DNA of 63,822 bases, filler included, from Lama guanicoe (GCA_013239625.1; 168 parts of 168 records of this genome joined end to end with filler, not necessarily neighbours in it), one strand, 5' to 3'; shown: positions 24,503 to 36,954, counted from the first letter of the whole stretch. The notes: generated by a model from the sequence alone, not told the origin. Program-made: numbers and translations.

Positions 24503-25839
24503 ATTGCTTTTGTAACTATTCTCTCCTGACTGTCCTATCAGCTCTCAGACTGCAACTTCCCAGAGCCTTCCAGAGGATCCCCCTCCTCTTNNNNNNNNNN
24601 NNNNNNNNNNNNNNNNNNNNNNNNNNNNNNNNNNTTAATTAATTAANNNNNNNNNNNNNNNNNNNNNNNNNNNNNNNNNNNNNNNNNNNNTTATATGAAA
24701 TATGGGTAATCACATAAAGTAAGTCCACATGATTTTGGGGCAAAAGTTGCTTAGTTTTGTACACAATTTCCATGATGTGTTGCTGTCCAACATTTGCCAG
24801 GTCACTTGATCTTACAGGCACAGCCTCCCTGTTCCCTCTGTGGCATCATATCATTTTACATGCATAACCTCTTTGTCATTTGTGTATATTGTCCTTTCCT
24901 CTTATTTTTACAATTGGGAGTAGGGAATAGACTGAGAAACACGTATGTGAATTGTGTCCTAATAACATTANNNNNNNNNNNNNNNNNNNNNNNNNNNNNN
25001 NNNNNNNNNNNNNNTTAATTAATTAANNNNNNNNNNNNNNNNNNNNNNNNNNNNNNNNNNNNNNNNNNNNAAAAAAGCAACATTGCTCATGTGCCCTGAG
25101 GAGAAGGGTGCCATACCCCCATCTCCAAATACCCACCAAACTGGTTTTCAGAAGAGAGGCGCAGCTCAGCCACAGCTGCCATATCCTACAGTGCCTAGCA
25201 CTCAGATATGGGTGGGGTCAAATCCTGAATTGACCTTAGGTGTACCTAAGGGCTTAGGAGCCGCAAAGGCGAGATGGAGACTTGTTTACAGGCCGAGGCA
25301 GATAGGATCGTTCTGCCCTGGTACCTCTTAGAACTTGTGCCTCCACACAANNNNNNNNNNNNNNNNNNNNNNNNNNNNNNNNNNNNNNNNNNNNTTAATT
25401 AATTAANNNNNNNNNNNNNNNNNNNNNNNNNNNNNNNNNNNNNNNNNNNNGTGGGGGCAGACAGCTGCCTTTCCGGGCTGGGGGCCTCCCCTCTCTGTTC
25501 ACGAAGCTGCTGCAACCACCGGAGAGGTTTTCTTCTGTGTCACTTCTGACTCACGGCTAAAGCTGTAAAACCAAGCCTGCGAGTTCTCTTTGTACGTGAA
25601 TGAAAAAAAGCACTTTTCTTCCCCTTTTCCCAAAGGGAAGAACCTTAGCCTTCTGCTGTGGTCTGTTTGCAGCAGAATCCCCTTTCTTTCTTTCTTTCAA
25701 ATTTGTATCTCCTTTATTTATAAAATTTTANNNNNNNNNNNNNNNNNNNNNNNNNNNNNNNNNNNNNNNNNNNNTTAATTAATTAANNNNNNNNNNNNNN
25801 NNNNNNNNNNNNNNNNNNNNNNNNNNNNNNATATTGATT

Positions 25840-26080
25840 ATTTTGAATTAAAATTACTTAAGAAATGGCCAGTGCAAGAGGGATACTCTGACCCTCCGTT
25901 CTGTCTCCCTCAAAGCAGGAAATAAACCTCTCATGTGAAAAGTGCACTTGCTGTATCAGGAGGTGGATCGCCTTTATTGCCAAAGATGGGAATCTGAGCT
26001 GAGAAGCACATACAAACAAACCTTGTTCCTTCGTTAATTTACTACCCCAAGCCCAAACTCTGTTTAGGTTTAGGGTCACT
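25840..26080 (+). mobile_element. ERV1-type LTR (MER34-like)
   Basis: aaagcaggaaataaacctctcatgtgaaa...aaacaaaccttgtt..aatttactaccccaagcccaaac. Confidence 0.55.
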
Positions 26081-27122
26081 AATTGGGCACTCAAAACCGT
26101 TTTTTTGTTTNNNNNNNNNNNNNNNNNNNNNNNNNNNNNNNNNNNNNNNNNNNNTTAATTAATTAANNNNNNNNNNNNNNNNNNNNNNNNNNNNNNNNNN
26201 NNNNNNNNNNTAACACAACATTGTAAACCAACTAGACTGCAATAAAAATTAATTTTTAAAAAGTCAGAAGAGACGCCTTGATGTTGCCCGAGCTTTTTAA
26301 TGACACTAAGGTTGCCACGTACTTGTGTGGCAATCAGCCTTGTCCCTTGTGTATGAGAACAGTGCGAGCAACAGTGTCATCTGGCAGGGGTCACATGAGA
26401 CAGTCAACCGCACAATGAGATGAACAGAGGATGGTGGCTACTTGGTGGAACTGGCAGGTGTTAAGGCTGAGTGTTAGATAGGTGTCTAAGNNNNNNNNNN
26501 NNNNNNNNNNNNNNNNNNNNNNNNNNNNNNNNNNTTAATTAATTAANNNNNNNNNNNNNNNNNNNNNNNNNNNNNNNNNNNNNNNNNNNNTTTTCATAAG
26601 GAAAGTGCAATATGTATATATATGTGAGGTGGTACGAGCCCCATCTCAGTTTTGCAATGAACAATGCAGGGAATTCAAACTATCACAAGGAATCAAAATT
26701 AGATATCAGATTAAGTGTTCCACTTGCAAAATGTTCCCTTGGTTCTAGATTAACGAACTTCTCTACACATGCTTGGTTTTCTGAGATAAGTGTCTGTGAA
26801 ATCCGTGCTTCACCTAGCATGTGGGCAACATAGAGTTTCTTTTTAGATGGAAACAACACTACGTGCATTTANNNNNNNNNNNNNNNNNNNNNNNNNNNNN
26901 NNNNNNNNNNNNNNNTTAATTAATTAANNNNNNNNNNNNNNNNNNNNNNNNNNNNNNNNNNNNNNNNNNNNAAAAAAAATTGGAAAGAAATAAACCCTGT
27001 TGTGAGTGTTTGTCATGAAAATCTGTCAAAAAATGGTCACTGGAATATAACCTTTCATGTTTAAGAAGATTTCCTTTCTTTTCTTGGTCCTCCTCTTGGT
27101 CCTTTTTAGGGTTTTGATAGTC

Positions 27123-27251
27123 ATGACACAAGGAAATAGCACTGGAGTGACTGAATTCTTTCTTCAGGGATTTGGTCCCCAACACAAGTTTCAGTACGTC
27201 CCCTTAACTTTATTTTTGGTCATCTATGTGAAGTCCAGACTTCAGACACCC
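27123..27251 (+). pseudogene. Olfactory receptor N-terminus, OR5AK-like, lacking the second half of TM1
   Basis: MTQGNSTGVTEFFLQGFGPQHKFQYVPLTLFLVIYV joined directly to KSRLQTP; the conserved GN..II segment is missing. Confidence 0.82.
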
Positions 27252-27351
27252 NNNNNNNNNNNNNNNNNNNNNNNNNNNNNNNNNNNNNNNNNNNNTTAAT
27301 TAATTAANNNNNNNNNNNNNNNNNNNNNNNNNNNNNNNNNNNNNNNNNNNN

Positions 27352-27520
27352 GAATCTGGCTCGATCTGCTTACCGCCTGTGTGGTCTAGAGCGGGTTCCT
27401 CAACCTCTCTGTGCCTCGGTTTCCTCACCTGTCCGGTGAGGACTAATAACAGCACTGGCTCGTGGAGGAGGTTTGCTGCACGTCAGGCGCTTGCAATGGT
27501 GCCCAGTCCACCGTCAGCGC
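27352..27520 (+). mobile_element. MIR SINE
   Basis: aacctctctgtgcctcggtttcctcacctgt core. Confidence 0.75.
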
Positions 27521-28113
27521 GGGGTGAGGATCGGCTGTGGTTGCTCAGTATTCAGTCCGGGCTTACACATTCCGCTGCCTACAGAAGCAGAAGGGACTCT
27601 GGGGGCTGACAGAACCGACTTCAGTGTCCTCANNNNNNNNNNNNNNNNNNNNNNNNNNNNNNNNNNNNNNNNNNNNTTAATTAATTAANNNNNNNNNNNN
27701 NNNNNNNNNNNNNNNNNNNNNNNNNNNNNNNNAATTTAGACTAAGCATCTTGCCCGAACAAGGAATATGCAAAAGAAATGTTCCCCTTAGCTCATGGTGA
27801 CCGGCACATGGGTCTTTCAATGCCACTGAAGCATTTAGATTTGTTTTATCCTTAAGAGATGGACAGTCTGCACTCAGTCGGACCAAGTGAGAAAAGATCT
27901 CAAAGATAACCGTGTTCCAGCTGGAAAGTCTGGAGTCATTTTCATCTGGATGATGCCTTTTACTTTCTACACCTTTAACATGCAAAGAAAGAAAGAAAAA
28001 GGAGCACCCCCCCNNNNNNNNNNNNNNNNNNNNNNNNNNNNNNNNNNNNNNNNNNNNTTAATTAATTAANNNNNNNNNNNNNNNNNNNNNNNNNNNNNNN
28101 NNNNNNNNNNNNN

Positions 28114-28300
28114 CAGATTTGTGGTTGCCAGGGGCTTGGGGAGGGGAAGAACAGAGGAGTGATGGCTAATGGGTACAGGGTCTCTATTTGAGGTGATGAA
28201 ATGTTCTGGAACCAGACAGAAGTGATGGTTGTGTAGTACTATGGATGCGGTAAATACACTGAACTATGCCCTTTGGGATGGTGTATATCATATTAATACC
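28114..28300 (+). mobile_element. Old LINE-1 (L1MB-like) 3' end
   Basis: gtggttgccaggggcttgggg...gctaatgggtacagggtctc...ggtgatgaaatgttctggaa. Confidence 0.85.
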
Positions 28301-28494
28301 TTAAATACCTTAAAATAAAAAATACCTTTAAAAAGTTATAAAAATAAGAGGAAGATGGGCTGAGTGATGAGAAAACGCTGCCTGGCGAAAGCAGNNNNNN
28401 NNNNNNNNNNNNNNNNNNNNNNNNNNNNNNNNNNNNNNTTAATTAATTAANNNNNNNNNNNNNNNNNNNNNNNNNNNNNNNNNNNNNNNNNNNN

Positions 28495-28774
28495 AGGAGA
28501 CCCTCCAAATCCAGCAGGCAGGCCTGGCCCAGGTTCTTACAAAATCATTGCCACTGCCCTTGGACCTGGCACACGTGAGTTTTCGTGTACACTTCCTAAG
28601 TGAATGGAGTTTCCATTTTCCTGAGTCTCGTGGGGCTCCTGGAGCCAAGCCCCACTGGCCTTCGAAACCAGATGTTCTGGGCTCTCCTCCTCTTCCCAAT
28701 ACAAGACCCAGACTGGGGAGCTTGTCGTGGGGCTTAGAGCTCTCCCTCCTGTGGGAGGGCCTCTGGGACTTCAC
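28495..28774 (-). mobile_element. LINE-1 5' UTR region (antisense)
   Basis: Homologous to 11396-11675. Confidence 0.7.
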
Positions 28775-29089
28775 NNNNNNNNNNNNNNNNNNNNNNNNNN
28801 NNNNNNNNNNNNNNNNNNTTAATTAATTAANNNNNNNNNNNNNNNNNNNNNNNNNNNNNNNNNNNNNNNNNNNNGCCCTCTCCCCGGCCTGGTTCACCTC
28901 TCCCCTCCTGCAGACCCAGGATGTAGCATGGCTTTGCCCGCACCCTGACGCCAGGAACAGTCCTGCCCCCTGCCATCCCCAGTCCCTGCCTCCCTCCTGA
29001 CTCCTGGTTCTGCTGTTCACATCGGGAGTGGGTTCCCCGGCAGAGACATCAGACACGGGTGGCTCCTGCACATGTGAGGGAGGGGTCTG

Positions 29090-29155
29090 GGAGGGGCAGT
29101 TTTGTGTGTCAACCTGGCTGGGCTAAGGCGCCCAGGTCTTTGATCCATGTTCTGT
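29090..29155 (+). mobile_element. MLT2 (ERVL) LTR 5' start
   Basis: ttttgtgtgtcaacctggctgggctaagg. Confidence 0.6.
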
Positions 29156-30779
29156 NNNNNNNNNNNNNNNNNNNNNNNNNNNNNNNNNNNNNNNNNNNNT
29201 TAATTAATTAANNNNNNNNNNNNNNNNNNNNNNNNNNNNNNNNNNNNNNNNNNNNTAAAATAATGCATATATTTTAAAAATCTAGAATCTAAATGAAGTA
29301 CAGTTTCTAGGAAAAATGAAAATTACTAAAATTGAGTCAGGAAGAGTAGATAATCCTGACAGACCAATTACAAATAAACAAAATACACAAAATATAGTCC
29401 AAAATATTTTCTTAAAAGGGCACTAAAAAGTTTCCATTCTAATGTGGCTGGTCAAAGCCTTCATTTCTCACTTACTCTTTTAAATATAAAAAAGTAACTG
29501 GAAAAAATAAGAAATAAAAATGTAAACCTAATGTTTNNNNNNNNNNNNNNNNNNNNNNNNNNNNNNNNNNNNNNNNNNNNTTAATTAATTAANNNNNNNN
29601 NNNNNNNNNNNNNNNNNNNNNNNNNNNNNNNNNNNNATAGATTAGGAAAAAGTGGTCTTTTGTGAATTCAGATCTATCTATATCTTGTCACATAAAATTG
29701 ATCAAGACAGGGCAGCTCTACCACACACTCCCAATGTTATGTGAAATGCCAGGTGAGGTTTAGGAACCCACAGGAGGCACATATTCTTGTCGTCTTCTGC
29801 TAGTCAGTAAATGGTGAAATAACCAATATGTGCATAATACACCACCCAAGATAATATCTTCTAGTTTTAGAATTTTCTTTTTCTTGAATATTTTGCTTTT
29901 CTGACTTTACATGTATTNNNNNNNNNNNNNNNNNNNNNNNNNNNNNNNNNNNNNNNNNNNNTTAATTAATTAANNNNNNNNNNNNNNNNNNNNNNNNNNN
30001 NNNNNNNNNNNNNNNNNGTTTTGATAACGTAAATGAAAACTTTTGAGACGTATTTGTGAAATATCAGACATGGGAAATAGGAGAAGTTTAGATGAATAAA
30101 AGGATAACTTAAATCATAGTGTGCAATTATTTCAACACACCATTTTTTGGATAAAACTACAGTGAAATATATACACATAAAATGAGTAAGTATAATGTGC
30201 CACACTTGTTTAACAAGGATGGTGAACAAAGCATTCTAAAAAAGCAAGTGATGGAAAGTTAAAAGTAGATCAACAGGACTGCAGGAGGGTTTGGATAANN
30301 NNNNNNNNNNNNNNNNNNNNNNNNNNNNNNNNNNNNNNNNNNTTAATTAATTAANNNNNNNNNNNNNNNNNNNNNNNNNNNNNNNNNNNNNNNNNNNNAG
30401 AGACAGAGACAGAGAGAGAAATGTTTATAGAAGGGTGAGTGGGAAGAGATGACAGATAAGAGGAGACAAGCTGATCCCTAAAGTTTCTGGCTTGGCAAAA
30501 AAGAAGTCTTCAGCAATCATCAACACACCACTATGATACTAGAAAGAAATATCCATGGGTATTATAGAGATTCAGCTTGCTTAGAATCAATAAACATTAC
30601 TAGTAATCTTGCTAAAAAGAATAGACTAGAACTATTTTAAAGTTTTCTATGGAATTCCAAAGGCTTATAGAGACTTAATNNNNNNNNNNNNNNNNNNNNN
30701 NNNNNNNNNNNNNNNNNNNNNNNTTAATTAATTAANNNNNNNNNNNNNNNNNNNNNNNNNNNNNNNNNNNNNNNNNNNN

Positions 30780-31060
30780 AGCGAGCCGTTCCTGCCTGAG
30801 TTCCCGCTCGGCGTAAATCCCCAGCCCGGGATTACTCGCAGCCTGGTTGTTAGGAGGCAGAGGGGCGCAGAGAGAGGGGGAGGAGGGCGTGGGGGCTGTC
30901 TCAGGACCTCCTGGGAGAGGCGGCTTCCCGCCGGGCTTTGAATCGGCCCCGTTTAACTTGCTCGCGACTCTGTGACTCCGCCGCCTGGCCTGGCCTCATC
31001 TGGGCGGCGCGCGCAGCTCAGACATCTGGCAGTTGATGGTGCCGGATGTTTCCAGCCGGC
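30780..31060. promoter_or_regulatory. GC/CpG-rich fragment, promoter-like
   Basis: CpG enrichment and GC-box-like runs. Confidence 0.45.
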
Positions 31061-31160
31061 NNNNNNNNNNNNNNNNNNNNNNNNNNNNNNNNNNNNNNNN
31101 NNNNTTAATTAATTAANNNNNNNNNNNNNNNNNNNNNNNNNNNNNNNNNNNNNNNNNNNN

Positions 31161-31441
31161 CAAAATTAAAAATCAACAAATGGGACTACATAAAATGAAA
31201 AAGAAAAAGTAATAACCAACAAAATGAAAAGGCAGCCTACAGAATGGGAGAAAATATTTGCAAATCATGTATCTAATCAGAGGTTAATATCTAAAATGTA
31301 TAAGCATACCACTCAATAGCCAAAACAAAACAAAACAAAACAAACAAAAATGAAATAATACAATGTTAAAAAGGGCAAAGGACCTAAATAGATATTTTTC
31401 CAAAGAAGATATTCAGATAGCCAACAGGTACATGAAAAGAT
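31161..31441 (+). mobile_element. LINE-1 ORF2 fragment
   Basis: aaatgggactacataaaa...cctacagaatgggagaaaatatttgcaaatc...gccaacaggtacatgaaaaga. Confidence 0.9.
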
Positions 31442-31541
31442 NNNNNNNNNNNNNNNNNNNNNNNNNNNNNNNNNNNNNNNNNNNNTTAATTAATTAANNN
31501 NNNNNNNNNNNNNNNNNNNNNNNNNNNNNNNNNNNNNNNNN

Positions 31542-31822
31542 AGGCAAAACATTCTCTGACATAAATCTTGGCAATGTTCTCCTAGGGCAGGCTACCCAGG
31601 AAGTAGAATTAAAAGGAAGAATAAACAAATAGGACCTAATTAAAATTTATAAGCTTTTGCACAGAAAACAAAACTATGAGCAAAACAAAACAACAGTCTA
31701 TGGAATGAGAGAAAATATTTGCAAAAGAAGAGATTGACAAGGTCTTAATTTTCAGAATATATAAACAGCTGACACAGCTTAAGAAAAAAGCAAATAACCT
31801 AATTCAAAAATGGGCAGAAGAC
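31542..31822 (+). mobile_element. LINE-1 ORF2 fragment
   Basis: ggcaaaacattctctgacataaatc...gagaaaatatttgcaaa...aaaaatgggcagaagac. Confidence 0.9.
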
Positions 31823-31949
31823 NNNNNNNNNNNNNNNNNNNNNNNNNNNNNNNNNNNNNNNNNNNNTTAATTAATTAANNNNNNNNNNNNNNNNNNNNNN
31901 NNNNNNNNNNNNNNNNNNNNNNTTACCTCTTTTAGCTGGCTATAGTAGG

Positions 31950-32200
31950 AGTGTGATGTCTGGAGCTCCAGCAGCCACCTTTGACCTTGAAATAACTGTA
32001 AGAACAGAAGCTAGGCACTAAGATGGTAGAAAGAGAAAAGAGCCTGGAGCTCTGATGACACCGTGGATTTGACTCACTATACTAACCCTAGACTGTCTGC
32101 CCCCAGACTTCTTTGAGAAAGAGAAATTAATCTCTCTCCATTCAAGCCACTGTTATTTTGGGGTTAATTACTTAAATACAGCTGAAAGTATTCCTGGTAG
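31950..32200 (+). mobile_element. MaLR LTR (MLT1J/K-like)
   Basis: gatgtctggagctccagcagccacct...gagcctggagctctgatgacacc...ccagacttctt...aagccactgttattttgggg. Confidence 0.7.
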
Positions 32201-32317
32201 ATANNNNNNNNNNNNNNNNNNNNNNNNNNNNNNNNNNNNNNNNNNNNTTAATTAATTAANNNNNNNNNNNNNNNNNNNNNNNNNNNNNNNNNNNNNNNNN
32301 NNNCATTTTCTTTCCAG

Positions 32318-32475
32318 CTACTCCTAAACTTCAGTCTGAGTCCTACAGAACTTCTCTTGGAGGATCTTCGAAAGAGTCAAGATTAATTGAAGATATGCTT
32401 TTGAAAGCACGTAAAGAATATGAGGAGGTTTTGAAGAAAAAGTATATGTTATATGATGTAACAGATGAACAGTAA
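32318..32475 (+). CDS. ANKRD26/CCDC144-family terminal coding exon
   Basis: Acceptor ttttctttccag|, then TPKLQSESYRTSLGGSSKESRLIEDMLLKARKEYEEVLKKKYMLYDVTDEQ*. This resembles the ANKRD26 C-terminus ..SPLGSTDESNLNQDLVWKASREYVQVLKKNYMI* (recalled); ATTAAA at ~32546. Confidence 0.75.
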
Positions 32476-32684
32476 ACATTTACCTCCTGGGCTGCTTGTG
32501 TAACATTTTAGTTATGTCCCGTTAAGTAAGATACAGACAATGTTTATTAAAGGAAAATATTTTTGTATTATATGTGCATGATTANNNNNNNNNNNNNNNN
32601 NNNNNNNNNNNNNNNNNNNNNNNNNNNNTTAATTAATTAANNNNNNNNNNNNNNNNNNNNNNNNNNNNNNNNNNNNNNNNNNNN

Positions 32685-32965
32685 AAACCAAAAGCCTGAT
32701 CCTTAGACCAGAGCTCCAAGATTAGGGGTGTGTTTCCATCTGCTGTCTGTGAAGTGCCCTGGGGGGTGGCAGCACACCACAAACTCTCTCTCTGATTGTT
32801 ACAGTCCCACAGGACTGTCCACCTGACCTCCAGAGCCAGGAGGTCAAGGTGCATGCCCAGGGTGGCACCCACAAAAACCAGAACACCAGACAAAAACCCA
32901 GGGCACCAGACACATGTGAGTTTCCCCGCGGAGAGATGCTGGCACTCTGGAGCGTGGCCGAGGGA
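32685..32965 (-). mobile_element. Probable LINE-1 5' UTR region (antisense)
   Basis: ctccagagccaggaggtcaagg...ggcaccagac...gctggcactctggagcgtggc motifs. Confidence 0.5.
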
Positions 32966-33827
32966 NNNNNNNNNNNNNNNNNNNNNNNNNNNNNNNNNNN
33001 NNNNNNNNNTTAATTAATTAANNNNNNNNNNNNNNNNNNNNNNNNNNNNNNNNNNNNNNNNNNNNTGATGCCATGTAAACGACCAGCTCCTGGAGCAAGT
33101 GCCCCAAGCAGACCGCCTTGAATGGAAAGCTTCCATTTCCATCTCTGGAAAAACACCAAGCTTTTTTACAAAGCAAAATACAATCAAGGCAGGAGGAAAA
33201 CCAGGAAAGCATAGGGCCGAGAAAACAATGAGTGGGAGAGCTCCAAAAAGCACAGTTAGACTCAGTGGTGTCAGGTGCTGTATCTCCAAGGACAGGGGCT
33301 GATATTTTTCAGCCCTTGTTCAGTGCCAGGTACTATTCTGAGTGCTNNNNNNNNNNNNNNNNNNNNNNNNNNNNNNNNNNNNNNNNNNNNTTAATTAATT
33401 AANNNNNNNNNNNNNNNNNNNNNNNNNNNNNNNNNNNNNNNNNNNNCTAACCATCCCCTTCCTCCACTTCCTGACATGTTATTCCCGAAGAGCTCCCACC
33501 CCTATCAGTCACATATACCCAACCTAAGACGCCTGCCTACAAATCACCTCCTTTCCTGAAATTAGGAGCAGACGTGCCAATACCGACCCCACCAGCCCTT
33601 GTGCTCTCCGACGGGCTCACAGTCCCACTGCAGGTGGCTGTGGCTTGCTGCTTGCTGCTTGCTGCTGCTGTTTATCAATTAGAAGCTTCACTGAGGCCCC
33701 TTAATCTGGTAGCACTAACAGAAACCTNNNNNNNNNNNNNNNNNNNNNNNNNNNNNNNNNNNNNNNNNNNNTTAATTAATTAANNNNNNNNNNNNNNNNN
33801 NNNNNNNNNNNNNNNNNNNNNNNNNNN

Positions 33828-34108
33828 AAAAAATTTTTGTTGAGGGCTTTTGCATCTATTTTCATAAATGATATTAGCCTTTAATTTTCTTTTCTTTGTT
33901 GTTATATCCTTGAAAACCCTGAACAAAATACTAGCAAATCCACTCCAGCAATGCATTCAAAGGATCATACACCATGAACAAATGGGACTTATCCCAGGGG
34001 TGCAGGGATTTTCAATATATACAAATCAACGTGATACGCCACATTAACAAATTGAAGACTAAAAACCATATGATACTCTCAATAGATGCAGAAAAAGCTT
34101 TTGATGAA
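33828..34108 (+). mobile_element. LINE-1 ORF2 RT fragment with an inverted 5' segment (33828-~33912 antisense, remainder sense)
   Basis: The antisense part corresponds to the KENYRPISLMNIDAKILNK region; the sense part starts at KTLNKILAN and runs to [13 protein letters not shown]. Confidence 0.85.
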
Positions 34109-34208
34109 NNNNNNNNNNNNNNNNNNNNNNNNNNNNNNNNNNNNNNNNNNNNTTAATTAATTAANNNNNNNNNNNNNNNNNNNNNNNNNNNNNNNNNNNN
34201 NNNNNNNN

Positions 34209-34355
34209 ATAAGTTACTTGGCCTTTCTGGGTCTCATTCCCCCCTCCCCCATTTAAAAAAGGTAATAATAACACTTATTTCATGCAATTATTGGAATTAA
34301 TTGTGAATTATAAAAATGCTTAAAATACTGCCTGTCACATAGTAGGTGCTAAATG
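34209..34355 (+). mobile_element. MIR SINE
   Basis: aagttacttggcctttctgggtctca...aataataacac...tgcctgtcacatagtaggtgct. Confidence 0.7.
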
Positions 34356-34589
34356 GATGGGCATCTAGACCTGAGTTCTAAATGATGTTACTAACATAAA
34401 TACATCTGTCAATGTCAGCATAAATTGAATATTTATTTTCGATTTTGTTTTGAAGGTAAAAGAAATAGGAGCTTACTTTAAACAACACCNNNNNNNNNNN
34501 NNNNNNNNNNNNNNNNNNNNNNNNNNNNNNNNNTTAATTAATTAANNNNNNNNNNNNNNNNNNNNNNNNNNNNNNNNNNNNNNNNNNNN

Positions 34590-34870
34590 GATGTTGAATT
34601 TTGCCAAATGCTTTCCTGTGTCTATTGAGATGGTCATAGAATTTTTGTTATATCATTTTATTAATGTGATGTATCACGTCAATTGATTTGCGCTTGTTGG
34701 GCTACCACCCCGGGGGTAAATTCCACTTGTTCATGGTGCATGGTTCTTTTAATGTGCTGGGGAATTTGATTTACTAGCATTTTACTGAGAATTTTTACAC
34801 CTACGTATATCAAGAATATCGATCTGCAGCTTTCTTTTCTGGAAGTGACCTTATCTGGCTTTGGTATCAG
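34590..34870 (-). mobile_element. LINE-1 ORF2 RT fragment
   Basis: gatgttgaattttgccaaatgcttt..tctattgagatg...tatctggctttggtatcag. Confidence 0.9.
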
Positions 34871-36494
34871 NNNNNNNNNNNNNNNNNNNNNNNNNNNNNN
34901 NNNNNNNNNNNNNNTTAATTAATTAANNNNNNNNNNNNNNNNNNNNNNNNNNNNNNNNNNNNNNNNNNNNGTTCTTGGAATGGTCTTCCGTCCCAGTAGA
35001 AAGTGAGACTGGCCTGTCAGTGTGGACACCCTGCCCCGGTGTCTCCCTAGTTATTACCACCTTACAGGCGAGAACCTGAGCCTGAGAAAGACTCAGACAC
35101 TTGCCCACGCTCTCACAGGTGGAAAGGGAGAGTTGGGTCACCAGGCTGGTCACAGCCACCTCGCCATTGCCGCCCCCCCAGCGCTCTTGGTCCAGACCAG
35201 GCGGTTCATGTGTGTGCATCTTCGTGGCACTTACCACTTTCTGTCCACCCGNNNNNNNNNNNNNNNNNNNNNNNNNNNNNNNNNNNNNNNNNNNNTTAAT
35301 TAATTAANNNNNNNNNNNNNNNNNNNNNNNNNNNNNNNNNNNNNNNNNNNNCACTTAGAACACTGCTCGGCATAGCAAGTATTCAAAAACCTGCTGTTTA
35401 CAACTCAGGTACTGTTCACCACACACCCTGAAGCTCTGCCAGGTTCTAGGGCCTGACCTCTTCGCCATATTTGGTCCTTCTTAATAAAAGGAAGTTACTG
35501 AATATATTGGAACTCAAGGGCTGTGCTCCTGAAATCTGTCCTTCACACGCCGACCTCCCCTGCCTGCTGCAGGTTTGATTCTTGCTGATTAAAAGTCACC
35601 GCTGCCCAGAGCAAGCCGAGAGACAGAGCCCANNNNNNNNNNNNNNNNNNNNNNNNNNNNNNNNNNNNNNNNNNNNTTAATTAATTAANNNNNNNNNNNN
35701 NNNNNNNNNNNNNNNNNNNNNNNNNNNNNNNNTGCGAGCATGCTTCATGCATGACTGATTTAAAAAACGTTCATTTCTGAGTTGTGAGAATTTGGATTAC
35801 CAATCTTTCAACCACCATATTAGGCATATTTGAATCTAATCGAATTTACATTATTTTAGATGGGTTCCCTAACGCCAGTTTCAAAATCGGGAATTTTTCA
35901 AAGAAAATTTCTCTTAGAGCGATTTCTAACTAATACCTATTCATTTTACAGGTTCCCTTATCATGAAATTCCAAGTTCCAAACACGGTACATGCAGCACA
36001 GTTTCGGCAAACANNNNNNNNNNNNNNNNNNNNNNNNNNNNNNNNNNNNNNNNNNNNTTAATTAATTAANNNNNNNNNNNNNNNNNNNNNNNNNNNNNNN
36101 NNNNNNNNNNNNNGATGAAAGTTCTTAATGTGTTATGGTTAAAAAAATTAGACACCTATTGTTGTAAATGTGTACCTCTGTTTATAATATAAAGCAACTT
36201 TTAATGGGTATCTATATTTGAGAATCAAAAAAGTACATTATATAATCATTAACTTTGAAGTGCACATCGTTTTATGTTTTCTAATTATTCTCTAAATTAT
36301 TATATCAGATGATCTTCTAAATTTCAATCTTTAAGGCAAATTGCATTGACATATCTATGGATACATTCATCCAGAGAAAATTTAAAATATCAAANNNNNN
36401 NNNNNNNNNNNNNNNNNNNNNNNNNNNNNNNNNNNNNNTTAATTAATTAANNNNNNNNNNNNNNNNNNNNNNNNNNNNNNNNNNNNNNNNNNNN

Positions 36495-36618
36495 GCTCAA
36501 GTGGTAGAGCGCACGCTTAGCATGCATGAGGTCCTGGGTTCAACCCCCAGTACCCCCTCTAAGAATAAATAAGTCAGTGTAATTACCTCCCCACCAAAAA
36601 AAAAAGAAAAAAAGAAAA
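36495..36618 (+). mobile_element. tRNA-derived SINE, camelid Vic-1-like, with A tail
   Basis: gctcaagtggtagagcgcacgcttagcatgcatgaggtcctgggttcaacccccagtacc (A and B boxes), followed by taattacctcccc and an A-rich tail. Confidence 0.85.
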
Positions 36619-36954
36619 CATAGTCAAAATAATGACTACAATTTTATTTTGACCTTTATCTCCATGTATGAGAAAATAGGTAGAGTTAACAAAATTACAG
36701 GTTTTCCTTTTGTTAGAAGGATGTGCGTCTCAGACATTACGTTTTTAAAGTGGAAATAAAGGCATTCTACAGAAANNNNNNNNNNNNNNNNNNNNNNNNN
36801 NNNNNNNNNNNNNNNNNNNTTAATTAATTAANNNNNNNNNNNNNNNNNNNNNNNNNNNNNNNNNNNNNNNNNNNNTTTGAGTGTGTACATAGATTTTAAG
36901 AATTAATGTGTAGTTTTATGTACATGAAAATATGCTGACATGTTTGTTTGCACC

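Noticed and set aside
25235..25252. Inverted repeat ccttaggt-gt-acctaagg
   Set aside because: An 8-bp stem is expected by chance in this much sequence
27733..27985. 84-codon minus-strand ORF
   Set aside because: No homology or splice context recognised
36495..36560. tRNA-Ala gene
   Set aside because: Has SINE-specific 3' body and A tail and lacks a proper acceptor stem, so it is a SINE
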